Assembly (NCBI GenBank): GCA_020632535.1
Contig: JACKFJ010000003.1
Coordinates: 102,166 to 166,165, forward strand
Length of the DNA: 64,000 nucleotides
Direction: 5' to 3'
Source of the DNA: Candidatus Omnitrophota bacterium
GTDB taxonomy: Bacteria > Omnitrophota > Gorgyraeia > Zapsychrales > JANLHA01
Within the stretch, counting starts at the first letter, position 1, and each line of letters begins with the position of its first letter. Position numbers and translations under genes: made by a program. Positions 21,148 to 30,649 of the stretch are shown here, piece after piece. The notes under the pieces are model-generated. The model was not told the origin of the DNA, did not search any database, and saw nothing but the letters and a program-made list of their open reading frames with translations.

Positions 21148-22272
21148 ATGAATCGCGAATTTTATTTCGGCCTGACGGATCAAAGTTTGTCAGGCAAAAT
21201 TTTAGATACCGAGACATGTGACCAAATTCTAACCTCACCGGACATTGATGTTCTTCCGCTGTTGAATGCCGCGTATGAAATTCGTAAAAAGTATCATGGC
21301 AAAGTTGTCAGTATTCATATCATTAACAATACTCAAAACGGATACTGCCCTGAAGACTGCCATTATTGCGCCCAAGCAAAATCATCGCAAGCAAACATTG
21401 AAGAATATCCGATAAAGCCAGATGCCGAAATTCTTGCGGAGGCTAAGCAAGCATATGAAAGTGGGGCATTTCGCTATTGCATGGTTTTTGCTGGTCGTGG
21501 TCCGTCGACAAAACGAACCGAACATCTTGCCAAATTGATTCGTGAAATCAAAGCGACTTATCCTTTAGAAGTTTGCGTTTCTGCAGGTTTGCTTGATCGC
21601 GAAAAGGCGCAAGTATTAAAAGATGCCGGACTTGATCGTCTCAATCACAATCTCAATACCTCTGAAAAAAATTACCCTAACATCTGCACAACCCACACAT
21701 ACGAAGACCGTTTAAATACTTTAAAAGCCGCAAAAGATGTCGGAATTGAAGTCTGCTCCGGCATGATCGTTGGTTTAGGTGAGAAAGCGCCTGATATCGT
21801 CGAAATCGCAAAAAAACTGCGCGAAGTCAAAGCCAAATCCATTCCGATCAATCTTTTAGTTTCAATTGAGGGGACAGCATTAAAAGAAAAAACAAAACTG
21901 ACTCCGGAATATTGTTTACGCGTCCTTTGTCTTTTCCGCTTTTTAAACCCAGAAGCGGAAATTCGCATTGCCGCGGGACGCGAAATTCATTTGCGCGATA
22001 TGGAAGTACTCAGTTTATACGCGGCGAACTCACTTTTTATCGAAGGGTATTTGAACACCAAAGGATCATCTCGCTTAAAAACATTGACCATGATCCGCGA
22101 CGCCGGATTCACCATCAATTCCGATCAGGATTTGACTGAACTTCTAAATAATGAAACATCGTCGACATTAACACAAGCGTTGGACGAAAAAGAATTGTTT
22201 TTAAAAAATTTACGCGACCTTCGTCCATTTCTGGAAAAAAATGTGATCAACTCAGCACGTAAAGGTGGTTAA
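21148..22272 (+). CDS. bioB: biotin synthase
   Basis: 374 aa. Radical-SAM CPEDCHYCAQ, equivalents of the [2Fe-2S] ligands (RYCMVFAG, EVCVSAG, EVCSGMIVGLGE, IRIAAGRE), and LNHNLNTS. Confidence 0.9.
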   Translation: MNREFYFGLTDQSLSGKILDTETCDQILTSPDIDVLPLLNAAYEIRKKYHGKVVSIHIINNTQNGYCPEDCHYCAQAKSSQANIEEYPIKPDAEILAEAKQAYESGAFRYCMVFAGRGPSTKRTEHLAKLIREIKATYPLEVCVSAGLLDREKAQVLKDAGLDRLNHNLNTSEKNYPNICTTHTYEDRLNTLKAAKDVGIEVCSGMIVGLGEKAPDIVEIAKKLREVKAKSIPINLLVSIEGTALKEKTKLTPEYCLRVLCLFRFLNPEAEIRIAAGREIHLRDMEVLSLYAANSLFIEGYLNTKGSSRLKTLTMIRDAGFTINSDQDLTELLNNETSSTLTQALDEKELFLKNLRDLRPFLEKNVINSARKGG

Positions 22273-22350
22273 AATCATTATTAATATTGCGCAACTGACC
22301 GAGAATGCTATAGTGATTTAATACATTTTAAAATAAAAAGGGTGAAAACA

Positions 22351-24171
22351 ATGAAAGAATCAAAAAGTTTATCGCGCTTCGAACTACTTATGGACGCGGG
22401 ATTTGGCGCGCAAAAGGCAGGAGATATTCTCATCCGTGCTTTTGCCAAAACCGGACGATACGTTTATATTGAACCTATGATCCCTGCGGAAATCAGTCCG
22501 CCCCCACGAACACGCGCGGCACTTTCCGGCGTTATCATTCGTGTCGGTGATTTTGATATCACAAACATCGGAAATGACACAGATCTTATTATTTCCTCAC
22601 ATGAAATTTGCCTCGACCGCCGTCTCGACGACGATGAAAATAACCCCAACTGCCGTATTCTCTTGGACATGGGGAACAAAGTCGGCAATGAGGATACATA
22701 CGAAAAAGTGTGTAAACGAATGGCAAAAGCAGGTCTCAATATATTTCCCTTTGAAATCGATGAGGCAGCTAAGGCTGTTATAAAAAGTTTAGGCGGTAAA
22801 GGTGAAAACATGTATTATCTCGGCATGATGAGCGCCATTTATAACATGCCCAAAGACATTCTCATCGCGGAAATCAAAATCACGTTCGGAAAGAAACTCG
22901 TTGGCAAAATTCTTGATGACAATTTACTCCTTTTCGAAAACGGATATGATTACGCTCAAAAAAATATTATGTTTTCGTTTGAAGTGCAAGGAATCGCAAA
23001 AGAGCGCAAAGACCCAATGCTCATTGATGGCAATACATCGATGAGTATGGGAATTATTGACGCGGGGATCAAACTCTTTAGCGGTTATCCCATCACACCG
23101 GCGTCATCGATCATGCATACTCTAGCAAAAGAATTACCTTCGTATGGTGGAATGGTTCATCAGGCGGAAGACGAAATTGCCGCGATCGGAACAGCAGTTG
23201 GAGCATATTTTGGCGGCATTCCGTCGGTAACATGCACATCAGGTCCGGGTTTATCTTTAAAGCAAGAATTCATTGGCTTTGCCAGCGCCGCGGAAATTCC
23301 CATTATCATCATCGATGCACAGCGTTCTGGACCTTCGACAGGAATGCCAACAAAAACTGAGCAAAGTGATTTATTCGCTGCCGCGTTTGGCAGTCACGGG
23401 GACAATACCAAAATCGTGCTTAGTGTTGCCAACATCATTGATTGCTTTTATGCGCCGCAATTAGCTCGTTACCTTACTGAAAAATTACGATTACCCGTTT
23501 TTATCATGTCGGATTTTTTAATCGCCAATAGCTACAAAGTCATTGAAAAACCCACTGTCAATCAAATCACAGACATCAATAAAATTCCTGACTTCGTTTT
23601 TGAAAGATTTCGTATCAGCCGTTTACCTCAGGACATCGGAATGGTTCGCACATTACAATCCGCACCCGGCGAACCAGAAAAAATGCGTCGCGTAACCGGT
23701 CTTAATACCGACAAAGACGGGAAGGTGAGTTATTCTGCGGAAACCAATCAAAGAGCGCATCAAATTCGCAATGAAAAAATTCATCATGTCCGTCGCGCAT
23801 TGTCAATGCCAGAAATGTTCGGTGATGATCATGGCGAAGTTCTCGTTGTTGGTTGGGGAAGCAATCGCGGTGTTATTGAAGAAGCCATCAATATGTGTAA
23901 AGCAGAAGGAATTACCTCTGCATCTGGAATGCACTTTCGCATTGTTTATCCTTTACCATTAATGCTTAAAGATGTTTTTAAGAAATTTAAAAGGGTTGTT
24001 ACAGTGGAATTAGCGTACGGAGACGATCTTAAACCACCACCACTCGCGTCATTATTGCGCATGGAAACGCTTGTTGATGTCCAACCTTTGTGGTGCGGAG
24101 CGACTGGTCGGCCGTTTCGTCCACGAGCCCTGAAACAAAAAATTGCAAATTTGATTGGAGAAATAAAATGA
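22351..24171 (+). CDS. 2-oxoacid:ferredoxin oxidoreductase, fused gamma-alpha subunit
   Basis: The ATG at 22351 (ORF track: GTG 22342). An N-terminal POR gamma-like domain is followed by alpha-domain motifs YPITPASSI, AEDEIAAIG, TCTSGPGLSL. Confidence 0.85.
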   Translation: MKESKSLSRFELLMDAGFGAQKAGDILIRAFAKTGRYVYIEPMIPAEISPPPRTRAALSGVIIRVGDFDITNIGNDTDLIISSHEICLDRRLDDDENNPNCRILLDMGNKVGNEDTYEKVCKRMAKAGLNIFPFEIDEAAKAVIKSLGGKGENMYYLGMMSAIYNMPKDILIAEIKITFGKKLVGKILDDNLLLFENGYDYAQKNIMFSFEVQGIAKERKDPMLIDGNTSMSMGIIDAGIKLFSGYPITPASSIMHTLAKELPSYGGMVHQAEDEIAAIGTAVGAYFGGIPSVTCTSGPGLSLKQEFIGFASAAEIPIIIIDAQRSGPSTGMPTKTEQSDLFAAAFGSHGDNTKIVLSVANIIDCFYAPQLARYLTEKLRLPVFIMSDFLIANSYKVIEKPTVNQITDINKIPDFVFERFRISRLPQDIGMVRTLQSAPGEPEKMRRVTGLNTDKDGKVSYSAETNQRAHQIRNEKIHHVRRALSMPEMFGDDHGEVLVVGWGSNRGVIEEAINMCKAEGITSASGMHFRIVYPLPLMLKDVFKKFKRVVTVELAYGDDLKPPPLASLLRMETLVDVQPLWCGATGRPFRPRALKQKIANLIGEIK

Positions 24172-25094
24172 CAACCGAAACGTCCAACCCCACTGCGAGC
24201 GTAACACTCAAGGACCTTCAAACAGAAAATCCGCGCTGGTGTACAGCGTGCGGTGATTTTGGAATTCTCATGGGCATGAAGCGCTTCATGGTTGATAAAA
24301 AACTATCCCAAATCACAACAGTCAATGTTTCAGGAATAGGCTGTTCTGGCCGAACACCAAACTATATGAATACCTATGGCGCCCACACCATACATGGCCG
24401 CCCAATCACATTTGCTACGGGATTAGCACTTACTCGTCCGGATTTACAAGTTTTTATACATTCTGGCGACGGAGACGCTTTAAGTATCGGCGGAAACCAC
24501 CTTATTCATGGAGTCAATAAAAACTTTAATTGCGTATTCTTAATGTACGATAATGAACTTTATGCTTTAACCAAGAGCCAATCGTCACCAACAACACGCA
24601 AAGGTCACGCAACCAATACCCAGCCTAGCGGAACGTTTATGGATCCCTTAAATGCTGTTCGCTTAGTTCTTGGCATTGGTGCATCATTTGTCGCATCAAC
24701 CGCGGATTGGATGCCGGATCACTTGGCAAAAACACTGGAAGCCGCTTATGATCACAAAGGATTTTCATTTGTGCATATTTCCCAACGTTGCCCACATTTT
24801 GATCCTAATAATTTTGCCCATAAAGAAACCAACTGGTTTTCATTCTTGACACATGAAAAAGGCATCGCGCCTGATAAACGTATCGCCGATAAAGCCGCAT
24901 TAACACCACATGATCCCAGCAATCTCCAAGATGCTTTTCGCTTTGCCGCTGATGATCGCCGCTATTTCGGACTTTTTTATCGAGATTCAAATAAACCCGT
25001 TTATGATCAAATCATGCGTGACATGGTCAAAAATGCCAAACCAAAAAATCGCGCCAATATCTTAGATAAATTTGGAATCAATGACCAAGCGTAA
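24168..25094 (+). CDS. 2-oxoacid:ferredoxin oxidoreductase, beta (TPP-binding) subunit
   Basis: The ATG at 24168 has an ATGA overlap with the alpha stop, and GGAG lies at 24157. Contains a CTACGDFG-type Cys and the SGDGDALSIGGNH TPP motif. Confidence 0.85.
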   Translation: MTTETSNPTASVTLKDLQTENPRWCTACGDFGILMGMKRFMVDKKLSQITTVNVSGIGCSGRTPNYMNTYGAHTIHGRPITFATGLALTRPDLQVFIHSGDGDALSIGGNHLIHGVNKNFNCVFLMYDNELYALTKSQSSPTTRKGHATNTQPSGTFMDPLNAVRLVLGIGASFVASTADWMPDHLAKTLEAAYDHKGFSFVHISQRCPHFDPNNFAHKETNWFSFLTHEKGIAPDKRIADKAALTPHDPSNLQDAFRFAADDRRYFGLFYRDSNKPVYDQIMRDMVKNAKPKNRANILDKFGINDQA

Positions 25095-25100
25095 ACTACC

Positions 25101-26045
25101 GTGGCAACACATAAATTAATCATTATTGGTTCAGGCCCCGCCGCGCACACTGCCGCGATTTATTCTGCGCGCGCACATCTTGCGCCACTCATGTTTGAAG
25201 GCATTATGGCTGGCGGTGTAGCCGCAGGTGGTCAACTGACCACAACAACCGAAGTCGAAAACTTCCCCGGTTTCCCTGAAGGAGTCAGCGGCCCAGAATT
25301 AATGGATCGTATGCGTGCTCAATCCATCAAGTGTGGCACAACCATCAAGACTCAAACGGTCGAAAAAGTTGATTTAAAAAATCAACCATTTAAAGTATAT
25401 TCAGATGGCGAAGTATTTGAATCACACGCGCTTATTATTGCCACTGGCGCTACAGCCAAACGCATGAACGTTCCCGGGGAGAAATTGTTTTGGCAAAAAG
25501 GAATTTCAGCGTGTGCGGTCTGCGACGGAGCATTACCATTCTTCCGGAATAAGGAACTTGTTGTCATTGGTGGAGGAGACACAGCGGCAGAAGAGGCTAC
25601 GTTTTTAACGAAATACGCCAGCAAAGTTTATGTCGTTCACCGCCGTGATACATTGCGCGCATCGCAAGCCATGCAGGATCGGCTATTGAATAATCCCAAA
25701 ATTCAGATGATCTGGAATTCAGTTCTTTTGGAAGCGACAGGAGATAAAAAATTAGAAGGCGTCAAATTACAAGACGTCAATACCAAAAAAGAAACTCTGC
25801 TTCCAGCCGGTGGATTATTTTACGCCATCGGTCATGCACCAAACACCGACTTTCTCCACGGACAAATCGAACTTGATGACGCAAAGTATATCAAAACAAA
25901 GCCGGGAACAACGCTAACAAATGTCAAAGGCGTTTTTGCCTGCGGCGATGTGCAGGATAAAGTGTATCGTCAGGCCATTACCGCCGCGGGAACCGGATGT
26001 ATGGCAGCGCTTGAGGCAGAAAAATTTTTAAACCACACCTTGTAA
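25101..26045 (+). CDS. trxB: thioredoxin-disulfide reductase (NADPH type)
   Basis: 314 aa, GTG start. Motifs: [10 protein letters not shown], redox [22 protein letters not shown]. Confidence 0.92.
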   Translation: MATHKLIIIGSGPAAHTAAIYSARAHLAPLMFEGIMAGGVAAGGQLTTTTEVENFPGFPEGVSGPELMDRMRAQSIKCGTTIKTQTVEKVDLKNQPFKVYSDGEVFESHALIIATGATAKRMNVPGEKLFWQKGISACAVCDGALPFFRNKELVVIGGGDTAAEEATFLTKYASKVYVVHRRDTLRASQAMQDRLLNNPKIQMIWNSVLLEATGDKKLEGVKLQDVNTKKETLLPAGGLFYAIGHAPNTDFLHGQIELDDAKYIKTKPGTTLTNVKGVFACGDVQDKVYRQAITAAGTGCMAALEAEKFLNHTL

Positions 26046-26121
26046 GCAACACCATGTCACTTGCCCAAAAACTATTCATCAGATATACTTTTTGGTATTC
26101 TTAAGTTAAAAGGAGGATGAA

Positions 26122-26679
26122 ATGACATTGACCTTTGTCGTATTACTCGTTCTAGTCGCGATCGTCTTTTTCTGGGGTGTTGGCGTTTATAACACCTTGG
26201 TAAGTCTCCGCGAGAATATTAAAAATGGCTGGTCACAAATCGATGTGCAGCTTCATCGCCGCCACGATTTAATTCCAAATCTTGTCGAAACCGCAAAGGG
26301 ATATTTGAAACACGAAAGTACCACATTAGAAAATGTAATCAAAGCTCGCCAGATGGCGGTTGACGCCAGTTCCATCCCGGATAAAATCCAAGCCGAGAAC
26401 TTTCTAACAAGTACTTTGCGCAGCCTTTTTGCCGTCAGTGAAAATTACCCTGAACTGAAAGCCAGCCAGCAAATGATCAAAGTGCATGAAGAGATTACAT
26501 CGACGGAAAACCGCATCGCTTTTGCTCGTCAGTATTATAATGATGAAGTCAATCGTTTGAATACGTCTATTCAACTTTTTCCGAATAATTTCATCGCAAA
26601 CACCTTCCGCTTTGAAAAAGCCGCGTTTTTTCATATCGACAATCCTGATGTCGCGAAAGTACCACAAGTCAAATTCTAA
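26122..26679 (+). CDS. lemA: LemA family membrane protein
   Basis: 185 aa. N-terminal TM helix; characteristic RRHDLIPNLVETAKGY and ENRIAFARQYYN. Confidence 0.85.
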   Translation: MTLTFVVLLVLVAIVFFWGVGVYNTLVSLRENIKNGWSQIDVQLHRRHDLIPNLVETAKGYLKHESTTLENVIKARQMAVDASSIPDKIQAENFLTSTLRSLFAVSENYPELKASQQMIKVHEEITSTENRIAFARQYYNDEVNRLNTSIQLFPNNFIANTFRFEKAAFFHIDNPDVAKVPQVKF

Positions 26680-26690
26680 ATGAGGGGATA

Positions 26691-28436
26691 ATGGCGTATT
26701 CATTTACCCAAATTGAAAAAGACAAAAGCCGCGTAATTGCCGCGGCTTTTTGTTTTTTAGTTTTCTTATATTTTATTGGTTTTTGGATTATCTCTCTTCT
26801 GATTACAAACTTTTATTTCTTTGGAAAATATTTTGATGAAAGCACCACTGCATTTGCTAAAGTCACGTTCCAACCACTCGGATGGATCACCAGTTTTAAA
26901 ATATTTTCTTTCGCACTTGTGCTAGCAATCGTACAATGGTTTTTTACGACTTTTCAATTAGTCGATCGTCTTATTTATCATTTTAAGGCGATGGATCCTG
27001 ACCCAGCAGACTCGACACAACAAATGTTCAAGAATATTGTTGAGGAAGTTTCGGTCGCGACAGGCGGGTCGCACATCCGTCCGATGATTATTCCCTCAAT
27101 GATGCTCAATGCCTGCGCTCTTTCTGACGGTAAGTCTATTCCCGTTATTGCCGTGACAAAAGGTTTACTTTACAAGCTTAATCGTAGTCAAATCGAAGCT
27201 GTCGTGGGACACGAAGCCGCCCACATTCTAAGTAAGGACGGCGAACACACCGCGATTATCAGCTCAATGTTTGAAATATTTGGTAGTTCGCTACGAGCCA
27301 TGTGGACAACCGTACAAGGAATTTCCGATGACTCTTCTCATAATGTTCGTATTGGTTATCCACGCAGAAGCATAAACTGGGGAGGAAGCATAAACAGCAG
27401 GCAAGGTGTATATGTCATTTTCTTTATTATTATCGTTGTTATCGTCATTTGGGTTATTAATATTTTGGCCGCATTGATGCGCATGTTTATTTCGCGCCAG
27501 CGAGAATTTCGTGCAGATGCTGTAGCAGTTCGCTTGACACGCAATCCTTTGGCACTCGCTGAGGCTCTACATATTATCAGCCATCGCCGACATTCACTTT
27601 ATGAAGGACAAGATTCACTGCAATCACTGATGATCGTAAGCCCCACGACACCTCGATTTTTCACAGAAACAGGATTAGGAGCAGAATTATTTACAACACA
27701 TCCGCCGACGGAAGAACGTATTAAAATTCTCCTAAATATGTCCTTTTCCTCGAACGAACTTCTTGATCAAGCTTTAAATAATGTCACAGCAAAAGAAGAG
27801 GAAGAACTAAAGGAACGACAAAAAATATTAGCCAAAGCACACGGAGGATTATGGTATGTGAACACACCCAATAACACATGGGTCGGACCACACAATATTT
27901 CAGCGTTTACAGCGTTTGATTGGCTCACGGCTGATACATTAGTAAAGAAAATGGGTGAGAATACCACTATACCCATCAGTCAAATCAAAGACTATATGGA
28001 TGAATACCGTAATTTATTAAAACAACATCCAACCTTTTCCTGCCCCGCTTGCGGCAGTAAACTAAACGAAATTACTTATGAAAAAAACCCAATCTTGCAG
28101 TGTAGTAAATGCCAAGGTCTTTTAATACAAGAAAATATTGTAAGTGTCATTCTTGAGCGCAGAGAAAAAACGTTCGATAATCGCATTCGGCAAATGGCAC
28201 AAGCTTTAATCATCGAGTCAAAGAATTTACCGCAAATCGGCCTTTCTTCACTTGAATCTGACAGAATGTATCGCTGCGATCTCTGTCAGAATAATCCGCG
28301 TAAAATGCGAAAAAGAATTTTTAACCGCTATTATCCAGTTGAAATTGATAAATGCATGAATTGCGGCTTAGTGTGGTTTGACAAAGACGAACTTGAAGTG
28401 ATGCAATGTATGTACGAAATGCGCAATTTAACGTAA
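26691..28436 (+). CDS. M48-family Zn metalloprotease with a C-terminal GYF_2-like domain and two zinc-ribbon modules
   Basis: 581 aa. TM helices, HEAAH (HExxH), a downstream EFRAD and THPPTEERI. The tail contains GGLWYVNTPNNTWVGPHNISAF, CPACGSKL...CSKCQGLLI and CDLCQ...CMNCGLVWFDKDELE. Confidence 0.8.
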   Translation: MAYSFTQIEKDKSRVIAAAFCFLVFLYFIGFWIISLLITNFYFFGKYFDESTTAFAKVTFQPLGWITSFKIFSFALVLAIVQWFFTTFQLVDRLIYHFKAMDPDPADSTQQMFKNIVEEVSVATGGSHIRPMIIPSMMLNACALSDGKSIPVIAVTKGLLYKLNRSQIEAVVGHEAAHILSKDGEHTAIISSMFEIFGSSLRAMWTTVQGISDDSSHNVRIGYPRRSINWGGSINSRQGVYVIFFIIIVVIVIWVINILAALMRMFISRQREFRADAVAVRLTRNPLALAEALHIISHRRHSLYEGQDSLQSLMIVSPTTPRFFTETGLGAELFTTHPPTEERIKILLNMSFSSNELLDQALNNVTAKEEEELKERQKILAKAHGGLWYVNTPNNTWVGPHNISAFTAFDWLTADTLVKKMGENTTIPISQIKDYMDEYRNLLKQHPTFSCPACGSKLNEITYEKNPILQCSKCQGLLIQENIVSVILERREKTFDNRIRQMAQALIIESKNLPQIGLSSLESDRMYRCDLCQNNPRKMRKRIFNRYYPVEIDKCMNCGLVWFDKDELEVMQCMYEMRNLT

Positions 28437-28529
28437 AACTCGCCCAACTTACCCATCAGAAGCAATCACGTCATCTTGCTCTCGTACGTTTGCCAAGCTA
28501 AGGCAAGTGTGTTAACATAAACGCTTACT

Positions 28530-29255
28530 ATGACAACATTAATAAGAAATCCAGATTATTCAAAAGCCGAATCGTGGAAGATTTTTGACACGATTTATCG
28601 CCGTTATGACTTATTAAATGCCATTTTATCATTTGGCCTCGATAAAAACTGGCGCCACAAGCTGCTCAAATTTGTACCAGCAAAGCCGGATGTTAAACTT
28701 CTTGATCTTGCAACAGGCACCAGCGATGTTGCCATTACTTTGGTACAAAATTGTGACAACATCAAATCGGCTATTGGCATTGATTTATCGGAAAATATGC
28801 TTCATTTGGGACGAGAAAAAATCACAAATCTAAACCTTTCAAACCGTATTTCATTGCAAAAAGGTGATGCAACACAACTGTCATTCTTAAATGACGAATT
28901 TGATATGGCAACCATGTCATTTGGAATTCGCAATGTTGAAAATCCTATGTTTGTCCTTAAAGAAATCTATCGCGTTCTGCGAACCAATGGTCGCGCTGTT
29001 ATCCTTGAATTTTCATTGCCAAAGAACATTGCAATAAAATTCTTTTATTTAATTTACCTAAAAATTTGCGTACCATTACTCGGCGGACTTATTTCCGGAA
29101 ACTTTAAGGCCTATATTTATCTTAACCGCACCATCGAAAAATTCCCGTATGGCGAAATGTTCATCCGCATGATGAAACAATGCGGTTTTAAAAATGTATC
29201 AGCACAATCTTTAATGCTCGGGGTCGCGACAATTTATGTCGGAGAAAAAAGCTAA
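28530..29255 (+). CDS. ubiE: demethylmenaquinone/ubiquinone C-methyltransferase
   Basis: 241 aa. YDLLNAILSFGLDKNWR and the SAM motif LDLATGTSD. Confidence 0.88.
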   Translation: MTTLIRNPDYSKAESWKIFDTIYRRYDLLNAILSFGLDKNWRHKLLKFVPAKPDVKLLDLATGTSDVAITLVQNCDNIKSAIGIDLSENMLHLGREKITNLNLSNRISLQKGDATQLSFLNDEFDMATMSFGIRNVENPMFVLKEIYRVLRTNGRAVILEFSLPKNIAIKFFYLIYLKICVPLLGGLISGNFKAYIYLNRTIEKFPYGEMFIRMMKQCGFKNVSAQSLMLGVATIYVGEKS

Positions 29256-30649
29256 TGACCATGTTATTAACAAAGAATTTTTCATTATCGCAAGCGATAG
29301 AAAAATTAATTCAAGAATTAAACGCGCTTGATATTCAAGGCCGCCTTTCCAGCACAAAAATCCATACCTATCGCGTCAAAGTTTCTGTTGAAGACATTGA
29401 TCTTCTCGCTTGGATTCACGCGCAAGAGAATGCCATCAAGATTTATTGGGAAGATCGCGAAAAAAACTTTGCTGTTGCTGGGATCGGTGCCGCGGATATG
29501 TTAATCGCAAAAACTGGGGAGGATCCATACGAAATTCTTTCCCGTATACAAAAGAATCTATCACCCAATTTCCCCGACCTAAATTATTATGGTGGTTTTT
29601 GTTTCAACTCCAAATTCCCATTACAAGGCGAATGGAAAAACTGGAGTCTCGGGCGATTTGTCTTACCGCTTATCGAAATCCGGAAATCTGGCGCAGGAAC
29701 TATTTTGGCGTGTAATATTTTCTTAAATCGAAACTTTTCCACTTCCGTAAAACTGATCACTTCCGAGCTCAACCGCTTAAGGGAAACTATAAATAAATCG
29801 TCGATAAACCTTCCACAACCTTGGAAACAAACGCATATACCTGATGAGTTGACATGGAAAGCGACTGCCGCACATATTATCAATTCCATTAATGAAACCA
29901 CCCTGCATAAAGTTGTTTTCGCGCGTTCAATCCGTCTCGATTTTAAAGACACGATCAATCCCTTTTTTATCATGTCCCGCTTACGTGAGACCACATCGAA
30001 TTGTTTTTCTTTTATTTTTCAATTTCAAGAGGGGGAAATTTTTCTTGGTGCCTCACCGGAACGACTCTATCAACGCACAGAAGAGAACATTGAAACGGAA
30101 GCTGTCGCGGGCACTCGACCACGCGGACAAGAACAGAAAGAAGATGCGTCATTACAAAGCGAACTTTTGTCCTCAGCAAAGGACAATAAGGAACAAAATT
30201 TTGTAGTCGATATGATTCATAAAAATCTCTTGCCTTTATGCACGTCGCTAAATGCTGATACCAAACCTTCACTATTAAACTGGAGCGCCGGACATCATCT
30301 GATTACGCGCTTTAATGGTCGTTTAAAAAAGAATATTAAAGATAAAATCTTACTTTCTAATCTTCATCCCACTGCGGCAATTGCGGGAACACCTGCCGCC
30401 TTAGCAGTTAAAACGATCACGCAAATGGAGGTTTTTGACCGCGGGTGGTATTCGGGACCCATCGGGTACGTCGGTTTTAAAACAAGTGAATTTGCTGTCG
30501 CGATACGCTCGGCACTCATGAAGGGTAATAGCCTTCATCTCTACGCTGGTGCCGGATTAATTCGTGAATCTTCACCTGACGCTGAATGGGAAGAAACTGA
30601 AAACAAACTTACTAATTTTTTGAAGGTCTTTAATGCCACTGAATCTTAA
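29255..30649 (+). CDS. menF: isochorismate synthase
   Basis: 464 aa. Chorismate-binding-enzyme C-terminal motifs: AGTRPRG, LHPTAAIAGTP, AVAIRSA. Confidence 0.88.
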   Translation: MTMLLTKNFSLSQAIEKLIQELNALDIQGRLSSTKIHTYRVKVSVEDIDLLAWIHAQENAIKIYWEDREKNFAVAGIGAADMLIAKTGEDPYEILSRIQKNLSPNFPDLNYYGGFCFNSKFPLQGEWKNWSLGRFVLPLIEIRKSGAGTILACNIFLNRNFSTSVKLITSELNRLRETINKSSINLPQPWKQTHIPDELTWKATAAHIINSINETTLHKVVFARSIRLDFKDTINPFFIMSRLRETTSNCFSFIFQFQEGEIFLGASPERLYQRTEENIETEAVAGTRPRGQEQKEDASLQSELLSSAKDNKEQNFVVDMIHKNLLPLCTSLNADTKPSLLNWSAGHHLITRFNGRLKKNIKDKILLSNLHPTAAIAGTPAALAVKTITQMEVFDRGWYSGPIGYVGFKTSEFAVAIRSALMKGNSLHLYAGAGLIRESSPDAEWEETENKLTNFLKVFNATES

